DNA of 63,607 nucleotides, filler included, from Octopus bimaculoides (GCF_001194135.2; 7 parts of 5 records of this genome joined end to end with filler, not necessarily neighbours in it), one strand, 5' to 3'; positions 38,227 to 49,926 are shown, counted from the whole stretch's first letter. Notes: generated by a model from the sequence alone, not told the origin. Numbers and translations: made by a program.

Positions 38227-38291
38227 AGAAAGCTCAGTGTCAGACGTATCCCGTCCTTATGAAGAATGTTCAGGAAATACATCTTTAACAG
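38227..38291 (+). CDS. Candidate exon of the Cys-rich gene (ESSVSDVSRPYEECSGNTSLT)
   Basis: Acceptor tttacttcag (alternative AG 2 nt later); donor acag|gtctgt is phase 1, in frame with the EGF exon. RPY resembles the CAP-domain tail 'PY' motif. Confidence 0.5.
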
Positions 38292-38333
38292 GTCTGTTAA
38301 CTATACTCTCTCACACACATGCACATATGCATG

Positions 38334-38380
<47 letters not shown>

Positions 38381-38954
38381 AAATATATATTTCGGGAAGA
38401 ACACGTGCATGTCCATACGCACACTAATGGGGTAGAATGTGATCCAAAATATCACAATTTAATCATTCTGAAGTGGTAAAAATGTTCCTTGGTATTACAC
38501 TTCTTTTGTCAAAAGTAATCCAGTCTTTTTGTTGACACAGAATTCTTTAAGCTAACAATGTCTTCATTATAATGGACAAACATTTCATATATGATTTTCA
38601 CCAAAGACATTAGCAGCATAAATGAAATAAAATGTGAAGTTGAAACTAAAAGGATTCTGAACCGAATACTTGATTTTGCATGTCAGAAAAGGGATTAAAA
38701 GAAAGGGCTGATTTTTTTATGTAAACAGAATAAAGTATTAGGCAATCTTTCAGAGAAAGTACATGAAATAGCAATTTCAAAGTACAGCAATTTCTGTAAA
38801 TATTTTTTATTTAAATTTTTTTTTCAGCTGAATTACTTATGTTTATGTATACGTATGTATGTATATATGCGTTTATGTGTGTGTATGCAAGTATATGCAT
38901 GTATGTGTTCATGTGCATGTATGTATATTTGTGTATGTATGCATATAAACATAT

Positions 38955-39375
38955 ACATGCATGTAGGTACAAGCATGGATGTGTGGTAAGAAGCTTGCTA
39001 CACAACCACATGATTGAGTTCAATCCCACTGCATGGCACCTTGGGCAAGCATCTTCTATAGCCTCAGGTTAACCAAAATCTTGTGAGTGGATTTGGTGGA
39101 TGGAAACTGAAGGAAGCCCATTGTATATACGTATATATGTATACATTTGTGTGTGTATGTCTGTGTTTGTCCCCACCCACCCAGCCACTGCTATTGCCTG
39201 ACAACCAATGCTAGTTTGTTTATGTCCCTGTAACTTAACGGTTTGACAAAAGAGATCAATAGAATAAGTACTAGGTTTACAAAGAATAAGTCCCGAGGTT
39301 GATTTCTTCGACAAAAACCTTTTAAGGCAATGCTCCAGCATAGCCACAATCAAATAACTGAAACAAGTAAAAGAA
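38955..39375 (+). mobile_element. SINE family A
   Basis: Head to tail match to 35216-35638. Confidence 0.85.
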
Positions 39376-39733
39376 ATATATAAAAAATACATGCACATAA
39401 ACACTTACATACACACAAATACAACCACATACATACACACACACACACATACATACACACATACATACATACAAGATACATAGACACAAGCGATTTAGCT
39501 GCAAAAAAAATTAAATGGAATTTTTTTACAGAAATTGCCAAACAACCAGTTTGACCTCTCGTGTACTTTCTCTGAAAGATTGCCAAGTATTACAGTGGCA
39601 TGGTTTGAACCTGCTATCTTCCCATTACCAGTGCAGCATCATTATCAGCACAACCAATACATAAAATTTCTATCAAACTGATTCGTTGATTTATATGTCA
39701 TTGGTAATATTTTTTTATGTTTCTATTTTGTAG

Positions 39734-39835
39734 ACTGTCAGGGTGATGTCTGTCTAAATGGCGGCACCATGGACCCTGAAACCTGTCAGTGCCACTGCAC
39801 AAATAACACTTTTACATCTGGACCACTTTGCGGCA
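39734..39835 (+). CDS. EGF-like exon: DCQGDVCLNGGTMDPETCQCHCTNNTFTSGPLCG
   Basis: Acceptor ttctattttgtag, donor gca|gtaagt; 102 nt, phase 1-1, no stops. Six Cys with the CLNGG and G..C EGF signatures. Confidence 0.88.
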
Positions 39836-39897
39836 GTAAGTATACTTCTATCTACATTGACAGTATTTAGTGGCAAACCTATACACACACACACATG

Positions 39898-41085
39898 AAC
39901 AAAGGTAAGTCAAAAATTATGCACACCTTTGTTTCTGTGGTTTATTAAAACAAACGCTGGGGTTGAGAGACTGCATCATTTTGCTTCTCGATATACTTCT
40001 TCCAGCAGTTCACAAGCTTGCTTATCCCATTGGAGAAGGTTTTTGGTTGGTCACGCAGCCATTCATGCACTGTTTCCTCTATTTTTTTGATCATGGCAAA
40101 TTGATGACCTTGTAAAGGATGTTTGAGTGGTAAAAAGAGGTGTATGTCAGAAGGGGTGAAATCAGGACTGCATGCAGGGTGTTCCAACAATTCAAAACTC
40201 AAATTTTCGAATAGTTTCGATGATGTGGGCAGCCATATATGGGCATACATTTTCGTGCAACAATAACATTTGATTTGACAATAGACTTTGGTGTTTGGTG
40301 TGAATTACTGGTTTCAGTTTCTTGGCCAGCATTTCTCTGTAGCCTAAACTGATGACTATAGACCCTTTTTCCAGGTAATGTTCCAGCATAGGCCCTTTTG
40401 AGTCACAAAATTCAGTTAGCATCTCTTTTCTTGTGGAAATTTGAGCCTTGAATTTCTTTTTCATTGGCGATTCTGAGTGTTTCCATTCCGTACTCTGCCA
40501 TTTGGAATTTGGCTCAAAGTGGTGGATCCAGGCCTCATTTCATGTGACTTTTCTCTCCTAAAAATCTTTGCCTTTATCATTGTTGCAGTCGAGTAAAGGT
40601 TGATAAATCTCCACATAATTGCACTTATGAACTTCAGTAAGCTCTCTTGACACCCATCTCACACAGACTTTACAGAAGCGAAGTGTATCATGGATGATTT
40701 TGTATCAGAACCATGATTAATTTGCAGTGAACATTTCACTTCATCAAAGGTTACTCATTGATTCATCAACCATCTTTTGAACTTGTTGAATCTTCAAGTC
40801 AGTAGTGGGGGTTGATGGACGTCCTGTCTAGTCATTCTTAAACTTCTCAATCTACTTATATACATTTCTATGTAATAGAGTACTCTCCCCATCTTAAACT
40901 AAAAGCTTGCGATGACTTTCAATGCCTGTTGTACCTTCAGACCAAAAAGATCTGATCACTGATCTCTGTTCTTCCTTACTGCACACCTCTAGCAGAGCAA
41001 CCATACTTTAACTATAACACAAGAAAGAAAACTGGAGTGATCAAGGTCAAACCTCGGTTATATAACCACCAGACTACCACTTTTT
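39898..41085 (-). mobile_element. Mariner transposon remnant (intronic)
   Basis: LLLHENVCPY (HDNARPH), LLEHPACSPDFTPSDIHLFLPLK (HPPYSPDLAPSD) and GISKLVNCWKKYIE motifs. Confidence 0.9.
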
Positions 41086-41256
41086 AGCACACGAGTGCTG
41101 AAGGCAGTGTGGCCAACCTAAAGAAGGTTTTGGCAAAAGTGTGGATAAGTTTTGACCTCTTTTTGTATATGTAATATATATTATATATATTATGAACATA
41201 CATACATACATACATACATACACACACATGTATGTGTGTGTATGTGTGCAAATCCC

Positions 41257-42640
41257 ATGATATTAAAATCATCATGGGAGACTTCAATGCAAAAGTTGGG
41301 CAGGGTAAAGACGGTGAAACTGTTGGATCATTTGGTCTGGGACAGAGGAATGAATGAGGTGAGAGGCTAGTTGGGTGGTGCAAGGAAAATGGTTTGATCA
41401 TAACAAGCACGTTTTTCAAACATCATCTGAGAAACCTGAACACCTGGAAAAGTCCTGGATATGGTTGCCGGAATCAGATTGAATTCATCTTGATCAATGA
41501 ACGCTTTCGAAATTCAGTGCAAAGGGTCAGGACGTATCCAGGAGCTGATTCTGATAATGATCATATATTGCTTAGCAGAAAAATCAGACTGAAATTAGAG
41601 AAAATCTATTGGAAGAAGACTGCACCTCAACTACAGTTAAAGCTGCTAATATTAGACAATGATATCAGGACAGGGTTTTGCCAAAACGTCATGGATCAGT
41701 ATGATGGAAGACCACAGTAGGAGAAGAAAGATGAATGGAAATTCCTGCAGAATGCACTGATAAAGGCAGCGGAGGAATGGCTTCTGGAAACTTAAAGAAT
41801 TTTGAAATATAAGTGGATGAATCAAGAGATACTTTATAGGATGGATGAGAGAAAACTGGCAAAGTATGACCCAGAGATGTACAGACAATTGAACAAAGAG
41901 ATTTGAAAGATGTGCGAAAAAGCAAAGGAAGAATATCTGGAGGGGTGTTGTGAAGAGATTGAAGAGCTGGAGAAGAAAGATGCACAGATGATGTATGAAA
42001 ACGTTAGACAGGCTACATTTAGGAGGGAGAAAAATCTGACAGGCTGAATTAAAGATGAAGATGGCACAATTCTGATGGATGATGAGTCAGTCAAGAGAAG
42101 GTGGACCGATTACATCAAAGTTCTCTACGCTGATGATGGAAGGAAAGAAAAAGCAGAGATAAGCAAGCCGATGGATGGCCATATGATTGCAGCAGCTGAA
42201 ATCAAGCAGGCTATGGACCAGATGAAAAGTGGAAAAGCGATGGGAAATGACAGCATCGCATTTGAACTAGTAAATGCTTTGCAGAGTTTTGAAGTAGAAA
42301 AATTAACAGAGATAGTGAACCATGTTTACAACTCGGGGGATGTTCCTGAAGAAATACTGGAATCAATTTTCATCGCCTTGCCTAAAAAGTTTGAAACAAT
42401 CAAGTGCAAAAATCACAGAATGATAAGCCTAATGAGTCATGTGACAAAGATTATTTTGAGAATAGAGTTGAATCAAGTGAAAGGTAGGTACTATTAGGGG
42501 AAACCTATCAGATGAACAGTTTGGTTATAGAACAGGAAAGTGGTTGAGAAATGCAATTCTATGTTTGAGGACGTTGATAGAAAAGTGTATAGAAAAACAA
42601 AAAAGACTTGTACATTTGTTTTATTGACCATGTGAAGGTG
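41257..42640 (+). mobile_element. RTE-clade LINE fragment (APE C-terminus to RT N-terminus)
   Basis: IIMGDFNAKVG...GERLVGWCKENGLIITSTFFKHH...TWKSPG...NQIEFILI...GADSDNDH; KSGKAMGNDSI...LPKK...NHRMISLMSHVTKIILR; EQFGYRTG...NAILCLRTL. Confidence 0.92.
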
Positions 42641-42813
42641 TCTGACTGCATATATATAGATATATATCCCTTACTTTCTATCTATTTGTCTATCTCCCTT
42701 GCTCTCTTTTTCCCTGTTTCTCCTCTATCCATCTCTTTTGTCAACACGTTCTAAGTATTACTACCCAATACATAAATATCCTCAAACAGTAATATCATTA
42801 TATTTTTTTATAG

Positions 42814-42930
42814 TGAACTGCTCCCTGGGTAATGATCCTGCAGACTGTTCAAAGAAATACACTGTCAATGATTGCTCCCTACATCCTCATGTAACCATGA
42901 AATGTCCTTGGCTTTGTGGAATCTGTCCAT
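42814..42930 (+). CDS. ShKT-domain exon: MNCSLGNDPADCSKKYTVNDCSLHPHVTMKCPWLCGICP
   Basis: Acceptor tatttttttatag, donor ccat|gtaagt; 117 nt, phase 1-1. Cys spacing C-x8-C-x8-C-x9-C-x3-C-x2-C, including the ShKT CxxxCxxC end. Confidence 0.88.
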
Positions 42931-43181
42931 GTAAGTTAGAATTTTTTATTACTACACATGTTAAAATCTTATAAAAATGAACACAATTTAATTTCAGCAC
43001 TATTACTCATAATTTATTGTTTATATATTTTATATGTATTGCCTTCCCACAGAAACAAAAGAATCTTTCCTGGAGTTCCATTTCTAAGAAAGCAATTTAG
43101 TATGCCTACCTGACAGCAGATATTCACTCCCTTCCTAGCATAAGCCTCGAATGTGTATGTGTGTGCGTGTGCTTGTACGTG

Positions 43182-43212
<31 letters not shown>

Positions 43213-43805
43213 ATATATACATATGTTTATGTATTTGCTTTGCAAGATTCTTGATGTGAAATCATGTGTTGAAACAAATATTATTATACTTAGCCAATTA
43301 TATACACACTATATATTTGGTTTTCACTTCAGCTTTATTGTTATTATTACCTTAGTTTCTGTCAAAGCTCTTTCATCACACATCCTTTGACCTCTTCATT
43401 GACGCTTTATCCCATGTCTCCCATCTTGTTCTGCTTATTCCACTTTGTCTTTCTATGATTTAATGTAAATATATTTTTAACTAATGCTGGCTATATGTTA
43501 GGCAACATAAAGGTAATGCTAACAAATAAAGACAAAAACAAGATATTGTATCACTCTACATTCTACAAAGGTTGTTTAACTCTTCTATTATATTTCAGGA
43601 AATTTTCCCTCCAAACTCTTGGATTATTTTCTATCTTATATTTGATAATGGAAGCTTTCCCAAAATATATATGTTGTTTGATATAATATTTTGTTATCGG
43701 TTTTAGTTATTCTTACTTACACCCAACTTCTTGCCTGCAGTGCTTAGAGGTCTTTTTGAAAATATCTTATTTGCACATTGCACTTACCTTATTCTTGTTT
43801 TCCAG

Positions 43806-43844
43806 ATGCTGAATATGTAACCACCAATAATACAAGAGTGACAG
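43806..43844 (+). CDS. Short Thr-rich linker exon (YAEYVTTNNTRVT)
   Basis: Acceptor tcttgtttttccag, donor acag|gtaaga; 39 nt, phase 1-1, in frame with the ShKT exon; N-glycosylation sequon NNT. Confidence 0.72.
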
Positions 43845-43980
43845 GTAAGAATGGTTGTTTCTTCATCATTATTATTCAATATCCTGCCGCAGTGGGGCTG
43901 TGGCTCTGGCAAAATTCAGTTATTATTATTTATTATTATTATTATTTTAAAAGGATTGATGTAACTTCTCACAAAGGTAA

Positions 43981-44376
43981 ATAGACAATACGAAGAGCAT
44001 GATGCGATTGTAATAGATATTTTATTGGTTGAACGATATTTCAACAGCTTACCTGTCTTTGCCGAGTTCAAAATGAAAAGTGAAACATAGAAATTCAAAT
44101 TCAAAAGATTGAACGAGTGAAACCAGCGTTTCTACATTGATGGAATGACATCATCAGTCTTCAATTTTCAAGTTTACAACTGACAAAAAGAAAAAAAAAG
44201 AAAGACATAATGGGAAAAAAAGAAAAAGGAAAAAGAAGAATATTTAATCAAACAGTTTTGTGTAAATATGATGAAATTCCCCTGTCTTTTGTTCATAAAG
44301 ACAGGCAAGCTGTCAAAATATCATTCAACCAATAAAATATTTATTACAATTGCATCACACTCTTCGTATTGTCTAT
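43981..44376. mobile_element. MITE with ~80-bp terminal inverted repeats
   Basis: 43981-44060 and the reverse complement of 44297-44376 align end to end (atagacaatacgaagag...cctgtcttt). Confidence 0.8.
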
Positions 44377-44389
44377 CATTATTATTAGG

Positions 44390-44850
44390 ATCTAAGGTGG
44401 CCAGTAGGCTGAATTGTTAGCAAGCTGGACAAAATACTTAGCAGTATTTCACCCATCGCTGTGTTCTGAGTACAAATTCCGCCAAGGTTGACTTTGCCTT
44501 TCATCCTTTCAGGGTTGATTAAACAAGTAACAGTTATGCACTAAGGTGGATGTAATCAGCTTAATCCCTTCTCCCAGATTTGAGGCCTTGTGCTTCCTGT
44601 AGAAAGGATTATTATTATTAGGATCTAAGGTGGCCAGCAGGCTGAATTGTTAGCATACTGAATGAAATCCTTAGCAGCATTTCACCTATCACTGTATTCC
44701 AAGTTCAAATTCCGCCGAGGCCAACTTTGCCTTTCATCCTTTCAGGGGCAATAAAATAAGTACCAGTTGAACATTAGGTTGATGAATTTGATTTATCCCC
44801 TCTCTTAAAACTGCTGCCCTTGTGGCAAAATTTGAAACCATTAATATTAT
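44390..44850 (+). mobile_element. Two head-to-tail family B SINEs
   Basis: Both start attattaggatctaaggtggccag and end with the type ii tail plus (ATT)n. Confidence 0.8.
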
Positions 44851-44874
44851 TATTATTATTATTATTAATTATTA

Positions 44875-45565
44875 TCTTATGCCCATGCATAAGTTTGTCC
44901 TGCCATTCCTTTTCAAGTTCTTTTTTCATTCTCTTCCTGCATTCATTAGGTATTACTTCATCAACAGATTTCATTGCATCAAGGTCTCTTACATTTTTAT
45001 GGTACCAAGCTAGGTTGTTTTCTTTGCTTTTGACACAGTTTTCACAAATCATTAGTCCTCTACCTCCTTTTTTTCTTCCAACATAAAGTTTTGCAGCATC
45101 ACTCCTTGCGAGGAGCTCCTTATGCACTGTCATCAATTTCCTAGTTTTCCAATCAATGCTTTCTTGTTCATCTTTTTTCCATTTAATAACTCCTGCCCCG
45201 CAGTGCATGAAGGACACAACCTATGTATTCATTGCCTTAGTCTTATTCATTTCATTCAATTTAGATGACATTACAGGTTTCACATCTTCATTTCTTTCTC
45301 TTTGATCTTATCCAACTCAAGGAATCCCAAATCCTTGTACTCTTCCTCTCCTACTTTAATAATCTGGCCATTTGCAAGCTCAGTCCCTCCACTCTTTACT
45401 AGTTTTCCCAGTTTCAGTATTACAACACCATATTTTTTTTATTATAAACACCATCCTAATATCCTGATTAATCAGGTTTATAGTAGATGTTAAGCTATCA
45501 GTTTTGTCCTCATCTTTCACAAATAACTTTAAATCAACCGTTAATAACAGATGGTTGATCTTAAT
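44875..45565 (-). mobile_element. R4/Dong-like non-LTR retrotransposon RT fragment
   Basis: INHLLLTVDLKLFVK (INHLLYMDDLKL) and GVIKWKKDEQESIDWKTRKLMTVHKELLARSDAAKLYVGRKKGGRGL motifs of the R2/R4 group. Confidence 0.82.
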
Positions 45566-45569
45566 CATC

Positions 45570-45835
45570 ATCACCATCATAGTCGTTTAACGTCTGCTTG
45601 CCATGCTAGCATGGGTTGGACGATTTGACTGAGGACTGGTGAAACCAGATGGCTACACCAGGCTCCAATCTGATTTGGCAGAGTTTCTACAGCTGGATGC
45701 CCTTCCTAACGCCAACCACTCCGAGAGTGTAGTAGGTGCTTTTACGTGCCACCGGCACGGAGGCCAGTCAGGAGGTACTGGCAACGGCCACGCTCAAAAT
45801 GGTGTATTTTACGTGCCACCTGCACAGGAGCCAGT
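45570..45835 (-). mobile_element. RTE LINE 3' UTR (or SINE sharing it), young copy
   Basis: rc of ggttggcgttaggaagggcatccagctgtagaaactctgcc...gacgttaaacgatgatg; reverse-complement match to 53755-54062. Confidence 0.85.
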
Positions 45836-46706
45836 TCATCTAGCATATATCTCATTTCCACTTTTCTAAGGACTTGAGTCAGGGAGATCATGCAGATGAC
45901 AAATAAGAGTCACGAAAAGTTGCCTCCCTGAAATATACCTTTTCATATGTTAACAGATCTTAACTATTCCTTAGAATAAATTAACTGTTTGTTTTTTTTT
46001 AACTGGCCACCAATCTGTCTGGCACATTTGAATAAATTTCAGGCACTCTAATAACCAGTGTGCAAAGTAGTAATAATAATAATAATGATAATTATAATCA
46101 TAATAATAGCAACAAGACTAATTTTTTTAGCAACTAAGTATATTGTGTTTTGATATTGTTTCTCCCAGCTTTTGTATATGTTGTTATTATGCTTGCTGTA
46201 TTTGGTATTTCGTTTGTTGCTGTTGTGCCTCTTGCTATTGTACATGTTGCTATTATATATTGCTGTGTTGCTATTATCCTTGCAGTTAGTGTAACCATTG
46301 CCATCATGCCAGTTGTTGTTGACTGTTGTTGTTATGTTAGTTGTTATAGCTATTGCTATTGTGCTGGTATTATCTATGCTGTTATTTGCCAGCTGCCATT
46401 GGAATTGTTGCTATTGAGACTGTTGCCCTTGTGACTGTTACTATTATGTTGTTGTTGTTGTTGTTATATGTTGCTAGTATGTATGCTGATATTTGGGTGT
46501 TGCTATCGTGTCAGCTCTTAATGTGCTAGTTGCTATTGCAGGAGTTGCTATTGTGAATGCTGCTAATGTATCATCTGTTATTATGATTGTTGCTGTAACC
46601 ATTATGTCTGTTGCTAACCTAAGTTCTGTTCCCCACAAAAGCTATCTCCAGTTTATCTTCTCCCACATTTTTCTTTTTCATCCTCTCTCTCTTTCTCCCT
46701 TTACAG

Positions 46707-46754
46707 AACTCACCACAGTTTATGCAACCATGCCATTTCCTGAAAGTAATACAG
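46707..46754 (+). CDS. Short Thr-rich exon (ELTTVYATMPFPESNT); may instead read through to a stop at 46831
   Basis: Long pyrimidine tract plus ttacag acceptor; donor acag|gtaaag; 48 nt, phase 1-1. Confidence 0.7.
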
Positions 46755-47359
46755 GTAAAGATTTTATCTTAAAAAATACAATTGATGAATTGTACACCAG
46801 AAATGTCATCATCGGACTGTACTCTCACTAATTGCTTAACACTAGTTCTAGTACAATAAAACGGACACTTGAAAAAAAGAGAACCATGAGCTTGACTCAA
46901 CTTCATGTCTTCTAGCTTAGTTTGAAATACACTTAGTTTGAAATATATTACTGTATTGTTCTATGTTCAATTTCCTAATTAACAAGGCACAATCCACTAT
47001 TTTGCATAAACTTGACAAGGTCCAGATTTATCTTGTATAAAATTATGTCTAATAAATTTTCATCAATTCTCAAAATGACAATGATATTAAGTCTACTAAT
47101 GAATTTATAAACTGTAAAAGTGGATATATGTGCTCCTTGAATGACTGACCTGCTTCATCTATTTCATAAATCTTCAAATTAATGCTGAAGTATCATCAAA
47201 AATTTCTTTCTTATTAGAAGCAATTATTTTTTAATACTAGAAAGATCATAATCATTAGTGTCCTTATCATTGTTTTCCATGTCGCTCAGACTGAATTCTT
47301 TGGGAGATAGACTGGATACCCTTATTATTATTATTATTATTATTATTATTTTTTTTTTT

Positions 47360-47384
<25 letters not shown>

Positions 47385-47391
<7 letters not shown>

Positions 47392-47629
47392 CAGTAGTTT
47401 TATTTTTATAGCGTGCTTTCACTTCACTACCAAGCGCAGCTCTATGTGCCGTGGGTATGTGCTGTGGTTTGCTGTGATGCTCTTATGGTTACTGTATTGA
47501 AAGTGTTTTGCATAGGATGCGTGCAGTGCCCAGTAGTGCAATTTTCTGTATGTTATATATATTTGTAAGTCCTGGTGTTTTTGTTATGTATTTGTCTGAA
47601 TATTTTTTTATTATACCTAAGGCACCTAC
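47385..47629 (-). mobile_element. R4/Dong-like element 3' end (restriction-like endonuclease tail, UTR, (AAT)n)
   Basis: rc encodes VGALGIIKKYSDKYITKTPGLTNIYNIQKIALLGTARILCKTL, then UTR ending in aataataat. Confidence 0.8.
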
Positions 47630-47729
47630 NNNNNNNNNNNNNNNNNNNNNNNNNNNNNNNNNNNNNNNNNNNNTTAATTAATTAANNNNNNNNNNNNNNN
47701 NNNNNNNNNNNNNNNNNNNNNNNNNNNNN

Positions 47730-48540
47730 CATGCGTTTGAATATCTTCCTTGGTCATATTGGCGATATGAAGGCGAGCGTTGTCGTGCAGCAGAAGACCT
47801 CCATGCTGCCGATTAGGTCTTTTCTCTTGAATAGCCGTGTTGAGTCGTTCCATCTGTTGAACATAGAGTTCCGCGTTGACCGTTTGGTTCCGTTCAAGCA
47901 ACTCGTAATGGATAAGCCCTTCCCAGACCCACCATACGCACAACATCGTTTTACGTGAATGAAGATCTTGCTTCATGCGCGGTGTCGCTTGTTTACCATT
48001 GCTAGCCATTCCTTACGCTGCTTCATATTGATGTACAGGCACCATTTTTCGTAGCCAGTAACAATTCGGTAAAGAAATCGTTGCTTGTGTCCATGAGTTG
48101 AGTGGTGACGAGGAAGCAAACCAGCGGAGATTGTGGCTTGTTGATTTTTGTTGTTGTCACTTAAAGCATGCGGAACCCTTGCTCCATACTTTTGAACCTT
48201 TCCCATCGAGTGAAGATGCTTTTCTATAGCAGTGTGGAAGCATTCCATTTTCTCTGCCAGTTGTCTTGACGTGTGACGAGAATTTTCGTGCAAATGTTTA
48301 TTTAATCGCTCTTCATCGAACTCAACTGGACGTTCAGAACGAGGTGCGTCTTTGAGGTCAAAATTTCCGTTTTTGAACTTGGCATACCAATCACGGGCGG
48401 TTCCTTCAGCTATGGCTCCCTCTCCATACACAGTACAAATGTCGCGAGCAGCTTTTGTAGCCTTAAAATCTTGATTAAAAGCAAAAAGAAGGAGGTGTCG
48501 AAAATGCTCGTTTTTCTTAATTTGACATTCCATTTTAATG
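47730..48540 (-). mobile_element. Mariner transposon, well-preserved N-terminal two-thirds of the transposase
   Basis: ORFs 47973-48533 and 47731-48009: EHFRHLLLFAF...WYAKFKNGNFDLKDAPRSERP...RVPHALS...RIVTGYEKWCLY / KTMLCVWW...LLLHDNARLH. Confidence 0.95.
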
Positions 48541-48744
48541 ATCTGAAAATAACCAAAAATTAACTAAAATTAACTAAAATTAATTAGAAAAAATACAAAA
48601 TAGATTCCAAGATGATTCAAAAATAAAATTCTCGAAAAAAATAGATTCCAAAATTTAAAAACGCAATAAATTCCAAAATTAAAAAAAAAACAACCAATAT
48701 AGTTCGCAGAGATCATCAAGAAAAATATTTTTTTCTAATTCACA

Positions 48745-49612
48745 ATGTATCTCCAAAGAAAGGATCGCAAAAATACAGCTCCCAAATTTAATGCAGAGCT
48801 TAATAGCCACCCCGAGAACCCAATTTCCACGAAAAACTGTTCGCCGGGAGCTGCACAAAGCCGGATTTCACGGGAGGGTTGCAATCAGAAAACCACTACT
48901 TTCAAAAACAAACGTTGCAAAGCGTTTAGAGCGGAGTAAAAATCTACAGAATTGGTCCCTAGAGCAGTGGAAGAATGTTATTTTCTCGAACGAGTCATCC
49001 TTTACTTTATTTCCGACCACCGACCAAGTATACATGTGGAGACAGCCAAAAGATGCATTTGACCCAGACTGCCTTCTTCCAGCAATATGGAAATGGATCT
49101 GTGATGATCTGGGGAGTTATATCTTGGAAATCCGCTAGCCCAATGGTTTCCCTTCGTGGCAGAATTAACAGTCAAGACTATTTAAGCATTTTATCTGATC
49201 AAGTGCATTATATGGTTGTAGAACTATTTCCGAGAGGAAACGCAATCTTTCAGGATGATAATGCACCAATTCACACAGCTAAAGTTGTTACTGAATGGCA
49301 CGAGGAACATTCTAGTGACGTTGAACATCTCTGGCCACCACAGTCCCCAGATCTCAATATTATTGAACATTTATGGTGCATTTTAGAAAAACAAGTAAGG
49401 AGTCGATATCCTCCACCATCATCACTACAAGAACTGGAGACTGTTTTAGCTGAAGAATGGACAAAAATTCGTTTGGAAACAATTCAAACTTTGTACGAGT
49501 CCATACCTCATAGAATTCAAGCTGTAATTACTACCAAAGGCGGTCGTACCCCCATATTAAAATTAATTTGTTTTAAACTTTAAGGTGCTTCCATTATTTT
49601 GTCCAACCACTG
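48745..49612 (+). mobile_element. Tc1-like transposon (DD34E), 5'-truncated
   Basis: KTVRRELHKAG...RKPLLSKTN...KNVIFSNES; SVMIWG; FQDDNAPIHTAK; WPPQSPDLNIIEHLW; right TIR ...ttgtccaaccactg. Confidence 0.95.
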
Positions 49613-49926
49613 CATATGTATACATATATATATCGATAAGTTTGGGACTAAAATTGTTCACGACGCTGCCCTAGCATGGCCATCGTCTAATGACTGAAAT
49701 AAAGATATTTGCTTATATGTGTGTGTGTGTGTATGTGTCTGTGTGTTTGCTAGTGCGTGTGTACTTTTACTTTATATACAAATATATATGTGTATATATG
49801 TATGTATAAATATATATATATATATANNNNNNNNNNNNNNNNNNNNNNNNNNNNNNNNNNNNNNNNNNNNTTAATTAATTAANNNNNNNNNNNNNNNNNN
49901 NNNNNNNNNNNNNNNNNNNNNNNNNN

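Noticed and set aside
42847-42861. Lys-Tyr dyad in the ShKT exon as evidence for Kv-channel blocking
   Set aside because: The KY lies between Cys2 and Cys3, whereas the ShK functional dyad lies between Cys3 and Cys4, so no activity can be claimed.
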